Made by a program: the position numbers and the translations under genes. 64,000 nucleotides of DNA. Source: Camelus dromedarius. Its lineage: Eukaryota. Shown here piece after piece: positions 24,503 through 36,306 of this stretch. The stretch's first letter is position 1. Every line of letters starts with the position of its first letter. Location of the stretch: positions 10,790,001-10,854,000 of the forward strand of contig NC_087438.1 in NCBI RefSeq assembly GCF_036321535.1. Direction: 5' to 3'. Under the pieces are notes generated by a model that had not been told where the DNA came from, did not search any database, and saw only the letters and a program-made list of their open reading frames with translations.

Positions 24503-24700
24503 CTTTTTTTAAAATTTATAATTATTTTACAATGTTGTGTCAAATTCCAGTGTAGAGCACAATTTTTCAGTTATACATGAACATATATATATATTCATTG
24601 TCACATTTTTTTCCTCTGTGAGCTATCATAAGATCTTGTGTGTATTTCCCTGTGCTATACAGTATAATCTTGTTTATCTATTCTACAATTTTGAAATCCA
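24503..24700 (-). mobile_element. short young L1 3'-UTR end
   Basis: T-tract then ttacaatgttgtgtcaaattccagtgtagagcac...ttccctgtgctatacagtataatcttgtttatctatt. Confidence 0.9.
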
Positions 24701-24744
24701 CCTTTTTTTAATGATGGAGAAATATGCCTGTGAAAACCTTGTGA

Positions 24745-24953
24745 GACAGCAGCTGCCTGAAAAGACTGCAATGACAAAACGTTCTGTATCTGTGCTGTTG
24801 CAGGCGATTGCCATTAGAAATGTAGGGATATTGAGCTTTTGAATGTGGCTTGTGGGATTGAGGAATGAATTTTAGTTTTTATATAATTTAATTAATTTAA
24901 ATTTAAGTGTACGTAGCCACAGGTAGTTGATGGCCCATCTATTGGACAGTACA
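24745..24953. mobile_element. MER3-like hAT-Charlie element
   Basis: ctgcaatgac...gttctgtatctgtgctgt...ttgagc...aatgtggct...tttaattaatttaaatttaa...tagccaca...tattggacagtacag. Confidence 0.8.
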
Positions 24954-25146
24954 GTTCTAAGATAACCTGAAGAATTGTTCTATACTTAATAACACAGTAG
25001 GATTGAAAATTCAGACATTTCTATTTGCCCCTAAGACAAGTAAGCATGATTATTTACCCACATTTTAGCTCCAGTCCTGGTATGTATGTCTGCATGTACA
25101 TATACACTACTCTCTTTCTGTCTCTCAATCATCTATTATCTGTCTT

Positions 25147-25238
<92 letters not shown>
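25147..25238. repeat. compound (TCTG)10(TCTA)13 microsatellite
   Basis: Counted directly. Confidence 0.95.
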
Positions 25239-25352
25239 ATGTTTTCAATAGCACACTTTGTAACACATGGAGGGAAATGTGAAGGACTGGAGGACACAAA
25301 GAATATGATGAAGGTTCCTTGTGTGCATTTTAAAGATAAAATTATCATTTTT

Positions 25353-27208
25353 TAAGTGAGCTACCACAAGATCTTGTATATATTTCCCTGTGCTATACAG
25401 TATAATCTTGTTTATCTATTCTACATTTTGAAATCCCAGTCTGTTCCTTCCCAGCCCCCACCCATTGGCAACCACAAGTTTGTACTCTATATCTATGAGT
25501 CTGTTTCTGTTTTGTATTTATTTATTTTTTTAAATTCTACATATGAGTGATCTCATATGGTATTTTTCTTTCTCTTTTTGGCTTACTTCACTTAGAATGA
25601 CATTCTCCAGGGACATCCATGTTGCTGGAAATGGCATTATGTTGTCGTTTTTATGGCTGAATAGTATTCCATTGTATAAATATATCACATCTTCTTTATC
25701 CAGTCACCTGTTGATGGACATTTAGGCTGTTTCCATGTCTTGGCTATTGTAAATAGTGCTGCTATGAACATTGAGGTGCAGGTGTCTTTTTGAAGTAGGG
25801 TTCCTTCTGGATATTTGCCCAGGAGTGGGATTCCTGGGTCATATGGTAAGTCTATTCCTAGTCTTTTGAGGAATCTCCATACTGTTTTCCACAATGGTTG
25901 CACCAAACTGCACTCCCACCAATAGGGTAGGAGGGTTCCCTTTTCTCCACAGCCTCTCCAGCATTTTTTAATTTGTGGACTTTTGAATGATGGCCATTCT
26001 GATTGGTGTGAGGTGATACCTCATTGTAGTTCTGATTTGCATTTCTCTGATAATTAGTGATATTGAGCATTTTTTCATGTGCCTATTGATCATTTGTATG
26101 TCTTCCTTGGAGAATTGCTTGTTTAGGTCTTCTGCCCATTTTTGGATTGGGTTGTTTGGTTTTTTCTTATTATGTCGTATGAGCTGCTTATATATTCTGG
26201 AGCTCAAGCTTTTGTCAGTTTCATTTGCAAAAATTTTCTCCCATTCCTTAGGTTGTCGCTTTCTTTTACTTATGGTTTCCTTTGCTGTGCAGAAGCTTGT
26301 AAGTTTCATTAGGTCACATTTGTTTATTCTTGCTTTTATTTCTATTACTTGGGTAGACTGTTCTAGGAGAACATTTTTGAGATGTATGTGAGATAATGTT
26401 TTGCCTATATTTTCTTCTAGGAGGTTTATTTTATCTTGTCTTATGTTTAAATTTTTGATCCATTTTGAGTTTATCTTTGTGTATGGTGTAAGGGAGTGTT
26501 CTAGCTTCTTTGATTTACATGCTGCTGTCCAGTTTTCCCAACACCATTTGCTGAAGAGACTGTCTTTATTCCACTGTATATTCTTGTCTCCTTTGTCAAA
26601 GATTAGTTGACCAAAAGTTTGTGTATTCATTTCTGGGCTCTCTATTCTGTTCCATTGGTCCATATGTCTGTTTTTGTACCAATACCATGCTGTTTTGATT
26701 ACTGTAGCTCTATAGTATTGTCTGAATTCTGGGAGAGTTATTCCTCCAGCCTCTTTCTTTTTCTTCAGTAATGTTTTGGCAATTCTAGGTCTTTTGTGGT
26801 TCCATATAAATTTTATTATGATTTGTTCTAGTTCTGTGAAATATATCCTAGGTAATTTGATAGGGATTGCATTAAATCTGTAGATTGCCTTGGGCAGTGT
26901 GACCATTTTAACAATACTGGTTCTTCCAATCCAGGAGCATGGGATATCTTTCCATTTTTTTAAGTCTTCTTTAATTTCCTTAATCAGTGTTTTATAGTTT
27001 TCCATGTATAAGTCTTTCACCTACTTGGTTAGATTTATTCCTAGGTATTTTATTACTTTGGGTGCTATTTTAAAGGGAATTGTTTCTTGACTTTCTTTTT
27101 CTGTTGATTCATTATTAGTGTAAAGAAATGCAACTGATTTTTGAATGTTAATCTTGTATCCTGCTACCTTGCTGGATTCTTTGATTATTTCTAGTAGTTT
27201 TTGTGTGG
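25353..27208 (-). mobile_element. young L1 (ORF2 C-terminal half plus partial 3' UTR), truncated at both ends, 16-bp TSD
   Basis: The 350-aa ORF 25968-27020 is L1 ORF2 ([11 protein letters not shown]...YRFNAIPIK...); premature TAG at 27021-27023 and a frameshift near 25968; perfect TSD taaaattatcattttt at 25337-25352 and 27209-27224. Confidence 0.97.
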
Positions 27209-28614
27209 TAAAATTATCATTTTTAAAGGGAAATACAAAAGAAAGTGGGCATAGAGTTGTGTAAGCAATCTACTTGTTTTGTTTTTAACACTTCATTAGG
27301 GCAAGTCAGGTTTAATGGTGCCTGGAAATTGACTTGGAAGATTGAAATCATATACTTCCTAGAAGCAATTCAAGATCTCAAAGCAATAATTTCTAGGCCT
27401 TATGATCTTCACAGTACTTTGTGCTCTGTAACATATAGACAAAGATAAAGAAAAAGTGTTAACAACATTTGAGTCCTGTGTTCACTTTTCATAATTCTGG
27501 TGCTTTTTTCTAATAACTTTGAAGAATGAGAGCTTTTTTTTTTTTTTTTGAATGTTATGTCCTGTTTTAATAGTGAAAACAAAGTGCAACCAAAACCAAT
27601 GGAGAGAAATAATGAATAGACATTTGAGTACTTTAATTTGTATGATTTCTAAAAATAGCCTCAGTGCTAATAGAAGCATGTCAAACTATTAAATGGTTCC
27701 AAGTCCTTTAACAGTGGCGGAGAAAGATAAAGGGGCCCATGAGGGAGAAATTCAGAAGTGACCATCTGAATTTTCAATACTGTCAAAAAATGAGAGCTTT
27801 TAAAGGGGGAAAAGATTGATGGCTGGAGTGGATTTTGATAAGAGCTTATAAGAGACTATTAGCTTAGTGGGTATAGAGTAGAAATAAGAATATTAAAATT
27901 TTTAATAAGTTCTTCATTTAACCCCACTGAACATGCTATTCTGCAAGGAACCTTAACCTTAAACTCAAATCATTGCTGCTCCAGTATTTCTCTTCTTTAG
28001 CTGATTCTCCTCACAGGTTGATATTGAACTTGAACTTTAAATGGCTCCTTACTGCTTGCAAAATCAAGACACTTTCCATAAATACCTGCTTCTTACAATT
28101 TTTGCTGAAGTATATCTAATGGTGAGGACTTATGTAATAAAGACATAAATTTATTTTAAAATTTATAACTATAATTTTATAATTATAATAAATTCATAAT
28201 TATAATTTTAAAATAAACAATGGGTTTTCTAAGTACTGGACTGTTTTAATGTGTTAAAAAAAATAAGTATCTGGCTTACTAAATAAAATTGGAAAACTTT
28301 CTCAGTCCTTCCAAGCACCTATTGATGTTTTTTCCATTTAAAACTGCAAATAGTCATGTGAAAAATCATAGTTTTTGTGGAATTGAATGAGACAATACAT
28401 GTTAATACACTTTGTATAATACCAACATATTATGCATATTCATTAATTCATAGTATAACTCATTATGGGATGAATCGTGTCCTTCTGAAATTCATATGTT
28501 GAAATCCTAACCCTCAGTACCTCAGAATTTGACTGCATTTGCAGATAGGGCCTTTAAAGAGATAATTTAGGTAAAAAGAGGTTATATTGGTGGGCCCTAA
28601 TAGAATGTGACTAA

Positions 28615-29785
28615 TGTCTTAGTCTGTTCAGGGGGTTTTGACAGAATACCACAGACTTGGTGACTTAACAACTAGAATTATCACCTCACACTAGTCAGAA
28701 TGGCCGTCATTCAAAAGTTTACAAATGACAAATGCTGGAGAGGCTGTGGAGAAAAGGGAACCCTCCTACACTGCTAGTGGGAATGCAGTTTGGTGCAGCC
28801 AGTGTGGAAAACAGTATGGAGATTCTTCAAAAGACTAAAAATAGACTCACCATAAGACCCAGCAATCCTATTCCTGGACATATATCCAGAGGGAACCCTA
28901 ATTCAAAAAGACACCTGCACCCCAATGTTCATAGCAGCACTATTTACAATAGCCAAGACATGGAAACAGCCTAAATGTCCATGGACAGATGACAGGATAA
29001 AGAAGATGTGGTATATTTATACAATGGAATGCTATTCAGCCATAAAATGACAACATGCCATTTGCAGCAACATGGATGCTCTTGGAGAATGTCATTCTAA
29101 GTGAAGTAAGCCAGAAAGAGAAAGAAAAATACAATTTGATATCACTCATATGTGGAATCCAAAAAAAAAAGATAACAAATGAACTTATATATAAAACAGA
29201 AACAAACTCACAGACATAGAATATGGACTTGTAGTTACCAGGGAGGAGGAGGAGGGTGGGAAGGGAGAAACTGGGAGTTTGAGATTTGCAGATATTGACT
29301 GGTATGTGTAAAATAGATAAATTTATACTGTATAGCACAGGGAAATGTGTTCAATATCTTGTAGTAGCTCATGGTGAAAAAGAATATGAAAATGAATATA
29401 TGTATATTCATGTATGACTGAAGAATTGTGCTGTACACCAGAAATTGACACAACATTGTAAACAGACTATACCTCAATTAAAAAATTAACAACAACTAGA
29501 ATTTATTTCTCACAGTCTTGGAGGTTGATTAGTCCAAGATGAAGATGTTGGCAGATTTGGGGTCTGATGAGAGTGCTCTTCCTGGCTCATAGATGGCCTT
29601 CTTTGTTCTTGTGTGATGAAAGGGACTAGGGAGCTCTCTGGATCCTCTTAAAAGGCACTAATCCCCTTCATCAGTGCCCCACGTCCATGACCTAATCACT
29701 CCCAAAGGCCCCATCTTCAAATACCATCACACTGGGGGCTAAGATTCAACATAGGGATTTGGGGGAACATATCCAGACCATAGCA
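28615..29785 (-). mobile_element. MLT1A0-like LTR nested in the MLT1B and interrupted by an L1
   Basis: tgtcttagtctgttcagg...aataccacagact; resumes tttatttctcacagt...catgacctaatcactcccaaaggcccca...cagaccatagca. Confidence 0.85.
28680..29490 (+). mobile_element. young 5'-truncated L1
   Basis: ORF2 C-terminus plus 3' UTR and short A-tail; perfect 13-bp TSD aacaactagaatt at 28667-28679 / 29491-29503. Confidence 0.95.
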
Positions 29786-30794
29786 ACTGGTGTCCTAATA
29801 AGAAGAGGAGATTAGGACACAGACACTTACAGGAGGGGGACCACGCGAAGTCACTGGAGGATGATGGCCATCTACAACATAAGGAAAAAAGCCTCAGAAG
29901 AAACTGACCCTACTGATACCTCAATCATCATGGACTTACAGCCTTAAGAACTATGAGAAAATGAATTTCTATCAGTGAAGTCGTCCAACTAAGTCTGTGG
30001 TCCTTGGCACGGAAGCCAGAGCAAACTAATATAACCTTCTTACTGAGTTCACCCCAGGAAACTGTGGACTACAGACAAAAGGCTTTTGAGCAAGGTGACT
30101 GTTATATTCTGGATAAAGGGTTTTACCCCCTTGTGAGCCCATTCTAGAAAAGAGTTCTTTTTACAAATACAAAGCAGCAGAGAAAACAAATATCCAGCTT
30201 TCCTGTCTTCACTCACTCCCAGACTCTCAGGATCTTCTGTGTAGGTCTGAATCAAATTATTTTGTCACCATGTATGTTTTAATCTTCCTTTTGAGTCTAT
30301 TTTTATTGTTAGTTTTGTGCAGGTATTTTCTGATCCTATTTGTCTCAGTACCGGAAATTTTTTTTACATGTGTGCAAACTTAAACACAGAGTGAAGTGAG
30401 ACACTGAGCTCTTGTGACTTCTTTTTAGCAAGAGTCCAGGCCATGGGGACACCGAATCATGAGGGACCAGCCCCAGGGAGCCCTCCCACTGCATCTCTCC
30501 CATGCAGGGATGATGCTATTTCCTTCTGACCAGAGAAGATCAGCCCCTCATTGTCTTCTCAGAAGGGCCCTTCCACAGAGGCCACTACTCTTGGGTCTCC
30601 TTGCCCCAGAGGTGGTCTTTCCCCATGCCCCTTTTGGCAACAAGCTGAGACCTAACTGAGAGTTCAAATATTCCTACACCAGGGTTAACAAGTGTCAGTG
30701 CCTGGAAAAGGGAGAGGACTCGGGGGTTGGGGAGCTGATGCTGGGAAGAGCTTCCTTAGAAAGAAGGCAGTGGAAGTTTCTTTTTAAAAGTTGC

Positions 30795-31871
30795 AGGTAC
30801 ATGACAAGATGCTCAGCCTTCGTCATTAGGGAAACACAGCTATGAGATGAATAAGTCTGAGAATCTAAGGATAACGTAGTGACTCTAGTTGATACTTGAC
30901 TGTATAATTGAAATTTTCTCAGGGAATAGAACTTAACCTGTCTCACCAAATTAAATCAGAAAGAGATATGGGAGATGATGGATGTTTTAATTAACTGGAT
31001 GGGAGGAATCCTCTCACAATGCATATGTTTATCAAATCACCATGATGTATAGTTTAAATATCTTAACAATTTTATTTGCCAATTACACCTCAATAAAGCT
31101 GAAAAAAAAAAAAGGAAATGCAAACCCAAAGCACAATGAGAAACCACTTCACATGCACTGAAATGGTTGAAATAAAAAAGACAGATCATCTATAAAGAGT
31201 GTTGCTGAGGATTTAGAGAAATAAGATCCATCATACACTGATGGTAGGAATGTAAATTGATGCATCCACTTTGGAAAACAGCCTGGCACTTCCTCAGATT
31301 GTTGGATGTAGAATTACCATCTGGCCCAGCAATTCCACTCCTAGATATATACTTAAGAAAAATGAAAATCCGTATCTATACAAAAACTTGTACATGGATG
31401 TTCATAGAAGCATTATTTCAATAGTCAAAAGGTAGAAATAACCCAAATGACTATCAACTGAAGAATGGAGAAACAAAATGTGGTATGTCTATACAATGGA
31501 ATATTATTCTGCCATAAAAAGGAATAACTTTCTGATATATGCCACATCATGGATGAACCTTGGAAACGGTATGCTAAATGAAAGAAGCCAGTCACAAAAA
31601 CCCACACATATTGTATTATTCCATTTATGCAAAATGTCCAGAATAGGCAAATCTATGGAAACTGAAAGGACACTGTGATTAGGGGAGAGACAGCTACTGG
31701 GTATGGGGATTCTCTTTGGGGTGATAAAAATGTTCCAAAATGGCTGTGGTGCTGTTTGCATATATCTATGTGTTGCACATATCTATGGGTTTTTCAGCAA
31801 AAACTGTTGAACACTTTCAATGGGTGATTTACAATATGGGAGTTATATCTCAACAAAGATGAAAAAAAAAA
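30795..31871 (+). mobile_element. old L1MB-like 3' end with a second L1 3' end (30839-31112) inserted
   Basis: agatgctcagccttcgtcattagggaaa resumes ggaaatgcaaa...cccagcaattccactcctag...tatctcaacaaagatgaaaaaaaaaaa; the insert ends cctcaataaagctg plus poly-A. Confidence 0.85.
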
Positions 31872-32216
31872 GTATAGTAGGGACCAGGCCTTCCAAGAGA
31901 GGAGAATAATGTGCTGGCCGGCATTTGGATGTTAAGCAAGATGATTTCATGAACAGCAAAGTCATAACCTTAGAAATCTTGGTGAAGTGTTCCCGTGCCC
32001 ATGCTTAACAGAGGGGCATGCGACCACCAGCATTTGAGTGAACCATGTAGGCTGGAGACTGGAGCCTCTTCCCTGTGTCTCCCTGAATTTTTAGCCTCTT
32101 AAATTCCCACATGACATAAACGAATGTCATTCATTCAACCCCAAACACAAATTAGGTTGGATTTAGATAATGCTTGAAGAAAGGAACAACATAACAGCTG
32201 CAGTATTATTTTAAAC

Positions 32217-32755
32217 TTTTATTGAAGTATAGGGGCTTTTTTTTTACGTTTTAAAAAAATTGAAGTGTAGACAGTTACAATATGTCAATTTCTGGTGTAC
32301 AGCATAATGTTTCAGTCATACATATGTATAGACATATATTCATTTTCATTATAGGTTACTACAAGATATTGAATATAGTTCACTGTGCTATACAGTATAA
32401 ACTTATTGTTTATCTATTTTATATAAAGTACTTAATATTTACAAATCTCAAACTCCTAATTTATTCCTTCCCATCCCTCTTTCCCCTGATAACCATAAGA
32501 TTATTTGCTATGTCTGTGAGTCTGTTTCTGTATTGAGGTATAGTTGATTTACTATGTTGTGTTAATTTCTGGTCTACAGCGTCATGATTCAGTTATACAT
32601 ATACATTCCTTTTCATTATAAGGTATTAAAAGATATTGACTATTAGTTCCCTGTGCTATACAGTAGGACCTTGCTATTTATTTTATATATAGTACTTAGT
32701 ATCTGCAAATCCCAAACTCCTAATTGATGCCTCCTCTCTCTTTCCCCTTCAATAA
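32217..32755 (-). mobile_element. two stacked L1 3'-UTR ends
   Basis: Inner copy ~32237-32530 lies between near-identical tattgaagtatag (32220-32232) and tattgaggtatag (32531-32543), the start of the outer copy. Confidence 0.8.
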
Positions 32756-35055
32756 TTGCATAGCTTCAATTTTGAATAATGCTTTCAGACCTATGGGTTT
32801 TGCAACTAGATGGCATTTAAAGAAATTTTACCTATAACCTTATTTATTACATTCTCCAAGTCAGTATTTGATTCCTGTGAACTTCCTTTCATTCTTGAAG
32901 AACATATCTACTGCATGCTTCCTATTAACTTTGCTGTGACATTCTAAAATAGGTCTTGATCAATTTGACATTTAAATAGCCATTGGGCAGAGATGTAACC
33001 TCATGCTTGAATAAATACTATTTAATTATGGCTTTATAGAAATGCAATATTCTTTAATTACAAGAATTATCTCCAAGGTAGATAAAGAAGTCTGCTCTAG
33101 ATAGTCTAAGACACTAAAATATGAAAAATGGAAAAATGGTTATTGAGGCTCTGTTGACTGAAGGATTAACTGAGAAATGGGAACTGACTAGTGTGAAACA
33201 TTTGGGCAACAACTTCCAGACAGGAACTCAATAAGCTTATGTAAAATTAAAAAAAAATATGCTCTCCTTTGTAACAGAACCCGCCTCCCACTTTTAAGAT
33301 ACTGTGATGCAATGCTGAGAAGGACACACAGAGGTGAAAATTGATTTTCCCTGAAGAGCACATTGTAAATTCAAAGCCAAAATTCTTTCAACAAGATTAG
33401 TAAGTGCTATTCATGGCGTTCCCTGGGCAGATCAACAGTGTGAAAAGTATGTCTACAAAATCCTCTGTTGTCTTCAGATGTGTATGAGGGGCAGCCAACC
33501 ATAGGAGGAGCTCTGATCATCTGTTGGTGGAGAGGGGGCACAGTGTGGAGGGCCAAGTTGTAAAACGCAACTCATTTTTAAGCAAACCTGGTGGTTAATT
33601 AAATGGCTGACTTGTAAGCTAAAGACCTTTACTTGAGAATATAGAACTTCCCTAACTACTAACTCACAACCCTTAGAAACATAATAAGTGAGAAATCCTC
33701 CCTAAGTTTATAAACATAGAGTAAGCCAAGATGGGCCCCGGTCTGATGGAAAGGTCAAAAATTAGAAACACAGGGAAAGAACATAGCAGCTTATGCTTCT
33801 TTTTGGTTAGTGATTAATCATTAAATACTTAATAAAATTCAGCTAATACTTTTATTTATTTAAAATAAAAACCAGAATTAATTTCTTATTCTGGCAATAA
33901 TGTATTTGAAAAATAAGGAGACCCGGGTTTGGACATACCTGCTTTCAACTTTTGTGACTGGGCAGTTCTTTTCACCTCTCTGGGATTCAGTTTCCCTATC
34001 CATATAAGGACAGCACTTAAAGATCCTAAAATGCCTTCAACTTCATGATTTAATGATTTATGAATCTTGGGTTTCAGAGTTGGCTGCCTCACTGATGATT
34101 TATCCGAGTAAAATAACATTATTGACTCTCCAATGAGAGACTAATATTTCCTGTGGGTGAAAAATTAATTTTTAGCTATCACTAATGTCAAACCAAAGAA
34201 AATATCCTGACTCCAATAAGAAATTTAAAGAGTCTGCCCAGAGATAGATGGCTAGGAACTAGCAGTGTGTGAGTTCCCATAATTAACTGAAACTCCACAT
34301 AGGAATCTTTCTTAATTTATGAAAAAATTCTGTGGTTCCTTTTCTTTTCCAAACTAAATACTCTTAAAGAAATGAAAATATGCTTAAGGAGAATACTTAA
34401 TAGGAGCAACTCTATTATATTTTCTTATGAATAGTGTCTAACCCTTTAAATGATGAAACTAATATTACAAAGTGATAATAACATATTACCATATGCTAAT
34501 CCACCATTCGTAATTTCTATTTAATCTCCAAGAAGGAAATGAATTGTCAGACACTTGAAATGCATACCTGAAAATTGGGTGCTCTGAAATTTGGATGAAC
34601 TAAATAGCTTTTCCTAAGGCCATTTACGTAACCAAAAGTGACCACGTAGTTATAGTTGTTTAGATCAGTGACTAAATATACTACGACAGCAGATGTTTGA
34701 GGATTTATCAGTGAGGATGTCTTTGGATGTAAACATCAACAACACAAAGACCTCGAACTGACTCGTACAATGAGGCAAGAAGAAGGGAGGGATGTGGGGT
34801 GGATGTGACCCAGACTTCCGTCTCTGTTTCCCAATATTCTTTCTTCTCTCCCGTGTGTTGTTCCATCCTCAGTTTGGATGCTGGCTTCAGAGTCAGGTTG
34901 TCGTAATTCCTATTTTGCTTCTGTCACAGTGCCCGGAACATGGTGAACCTGCCATGAATAATAAAATTTGTGATAAGTACTGGCATTTATTAAGCTCTCA
35001 TTACATGTATTAAGTGTTTTGCATGTATTGATTCATTTACTCTTGACCATCACCC

Positions 35056-35630
35056 TGTCAGGCAGTGTGGGACTTTAAAAAATATATCCACACATTCTTT
35101 GAGACGCCTCCCTTCAAGAGGCGAGGTCTAATTTCCCACCTCTTGAGTGTGGCTTGGACTTAAAGACTTGTTCTAATGAGTAGAGTAAAGCTAAAGTAAT
35201 GGTGGGTGGCTTTGGAGACTAGGTCATAAAAAGGCTGTGGCTTCCATCTCAGTTTTTTTTTTTCTCTTTCTTTCTCTCTCTCCTCACTAATTCTGGGAGA
35301 AGCCAGCTGCCACATCTTGGAGACACGCATAGACAGGCTTGTGAAGAGGACCATGTGCCATAGCTGTGAGGCCTGCTGACAACCACATGAGTGACCCTGA
35401 AGGCAGACTCCCCACTGACCTTGGAGGTGACTGCAGCCCCCTGTTGGCAGCTTGACAGCAACCTCATAAGGAACTCTGAGCCGGAGCCACCCAGCTAAGC
35501 TGCTCCAAGATTCCTGTTCCTTAGAAACTATGTGAGATCATAAATACTTGTTGTGAACTACATTTTGCTACATTGTTTTCAGCTGCATTTCAGCTAAGTT
35601 TTGGGTAATTTGTTACATAGCAATAGGCAA
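35056..35630 (+). mobile_element. MLT1F/G-like LTR inserted in an antisense MIR
   Basis: ccacacattctttga...cctcccttcaagagg...ggagaagccagctgccac...gactgcagccc...gctaagttttgggtaatttgttacatagcaatag; MIR flanks at ~34970-35055 and 35630-35750. Confidence 0.85.
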
Positions 35631-35846
35631 GTCCTACTATTACCCCCATTTTACAGATGAGTAAATTGAAGCAGAGGAAGGTTAAGTAACTTGTCCCAAG
35701 TGATGCAGCCAGGAAGTTACAGAGGCAAGAAGCAGACCCACACAGTCTGATTTTTTGAAATTCTTGATCTTTTAAATTGCCCCCAATTTCAAGATTGGTG
35801 AATAATTTCAGGAGGATTGAGATGAGTGATTAAAAGAGACTGTCAA

Positions 35847-36306
35847 TTTGGTATATTTCTTCATCTTTCTGGTTTACTTCACTTAGAATGACATTCTCCA
35901 GGTCCATCCATGTTACTGCAAATGGCATTATTTTATTATTTTATACCATATGATATCACTTATATGTGGAATCTAAACAAAAAGACAAACAAACTTCTTT
36001 ACAAAACAGAAACAGACTCACAGACATAGAAAGCAGACTTACGGTTACCAGCGGGGAAGGGAGTGGGAAGGGATAAATTGGGAGTTTGAGATTTGCAGAT
36101 ACAAACTACTATATATAAACTAGATAAACAACAAGTTTATACTGTATAGCACAGGGAGCTATATTCAATGTCTTGTAGAAACATGGTTAAAAAGAATAAG
36201 AAAATGAATATATGTATGTTTCTATATGACTGAAGTATTATGCTGTACACCAGAAATTGGCACAACATTGTAAACTGACTATACTTCAATACAAATATAT
36301 GTTTTA
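35847..36306 (+). mobile_element. L1 3' end with a 98-bp 5' inversion
   Basis: 35847-35944 is the reverse complement of the L1 sequence immediately upstream of 35945; TSD aaaagagactgtcaa (35832-35846) / aaaagagaatatcaa (36307-36321). Confidence 0.92.

Larger units (their letters stand above)
28461..30033 (+). mobile_element. MLT1B-like LTR, interrupted from 28615 to 29785
   Basis: ttatgggatgaatcgtgtcc...ttcatatgttgaaatcctaaccc...gtgggccctaa; resumes actggtgtcctaataagaagagg...gcaaactaatata. Confidence 0.85.

Noticed and set aside
25968..27020. 350-aa ORF as a functional gene or active L1
   Set aside because: It is an internal L1 ORF2 fragment bounded by a premature stop and a frameshift, and lacks the endonuclease and most of the RT domain.
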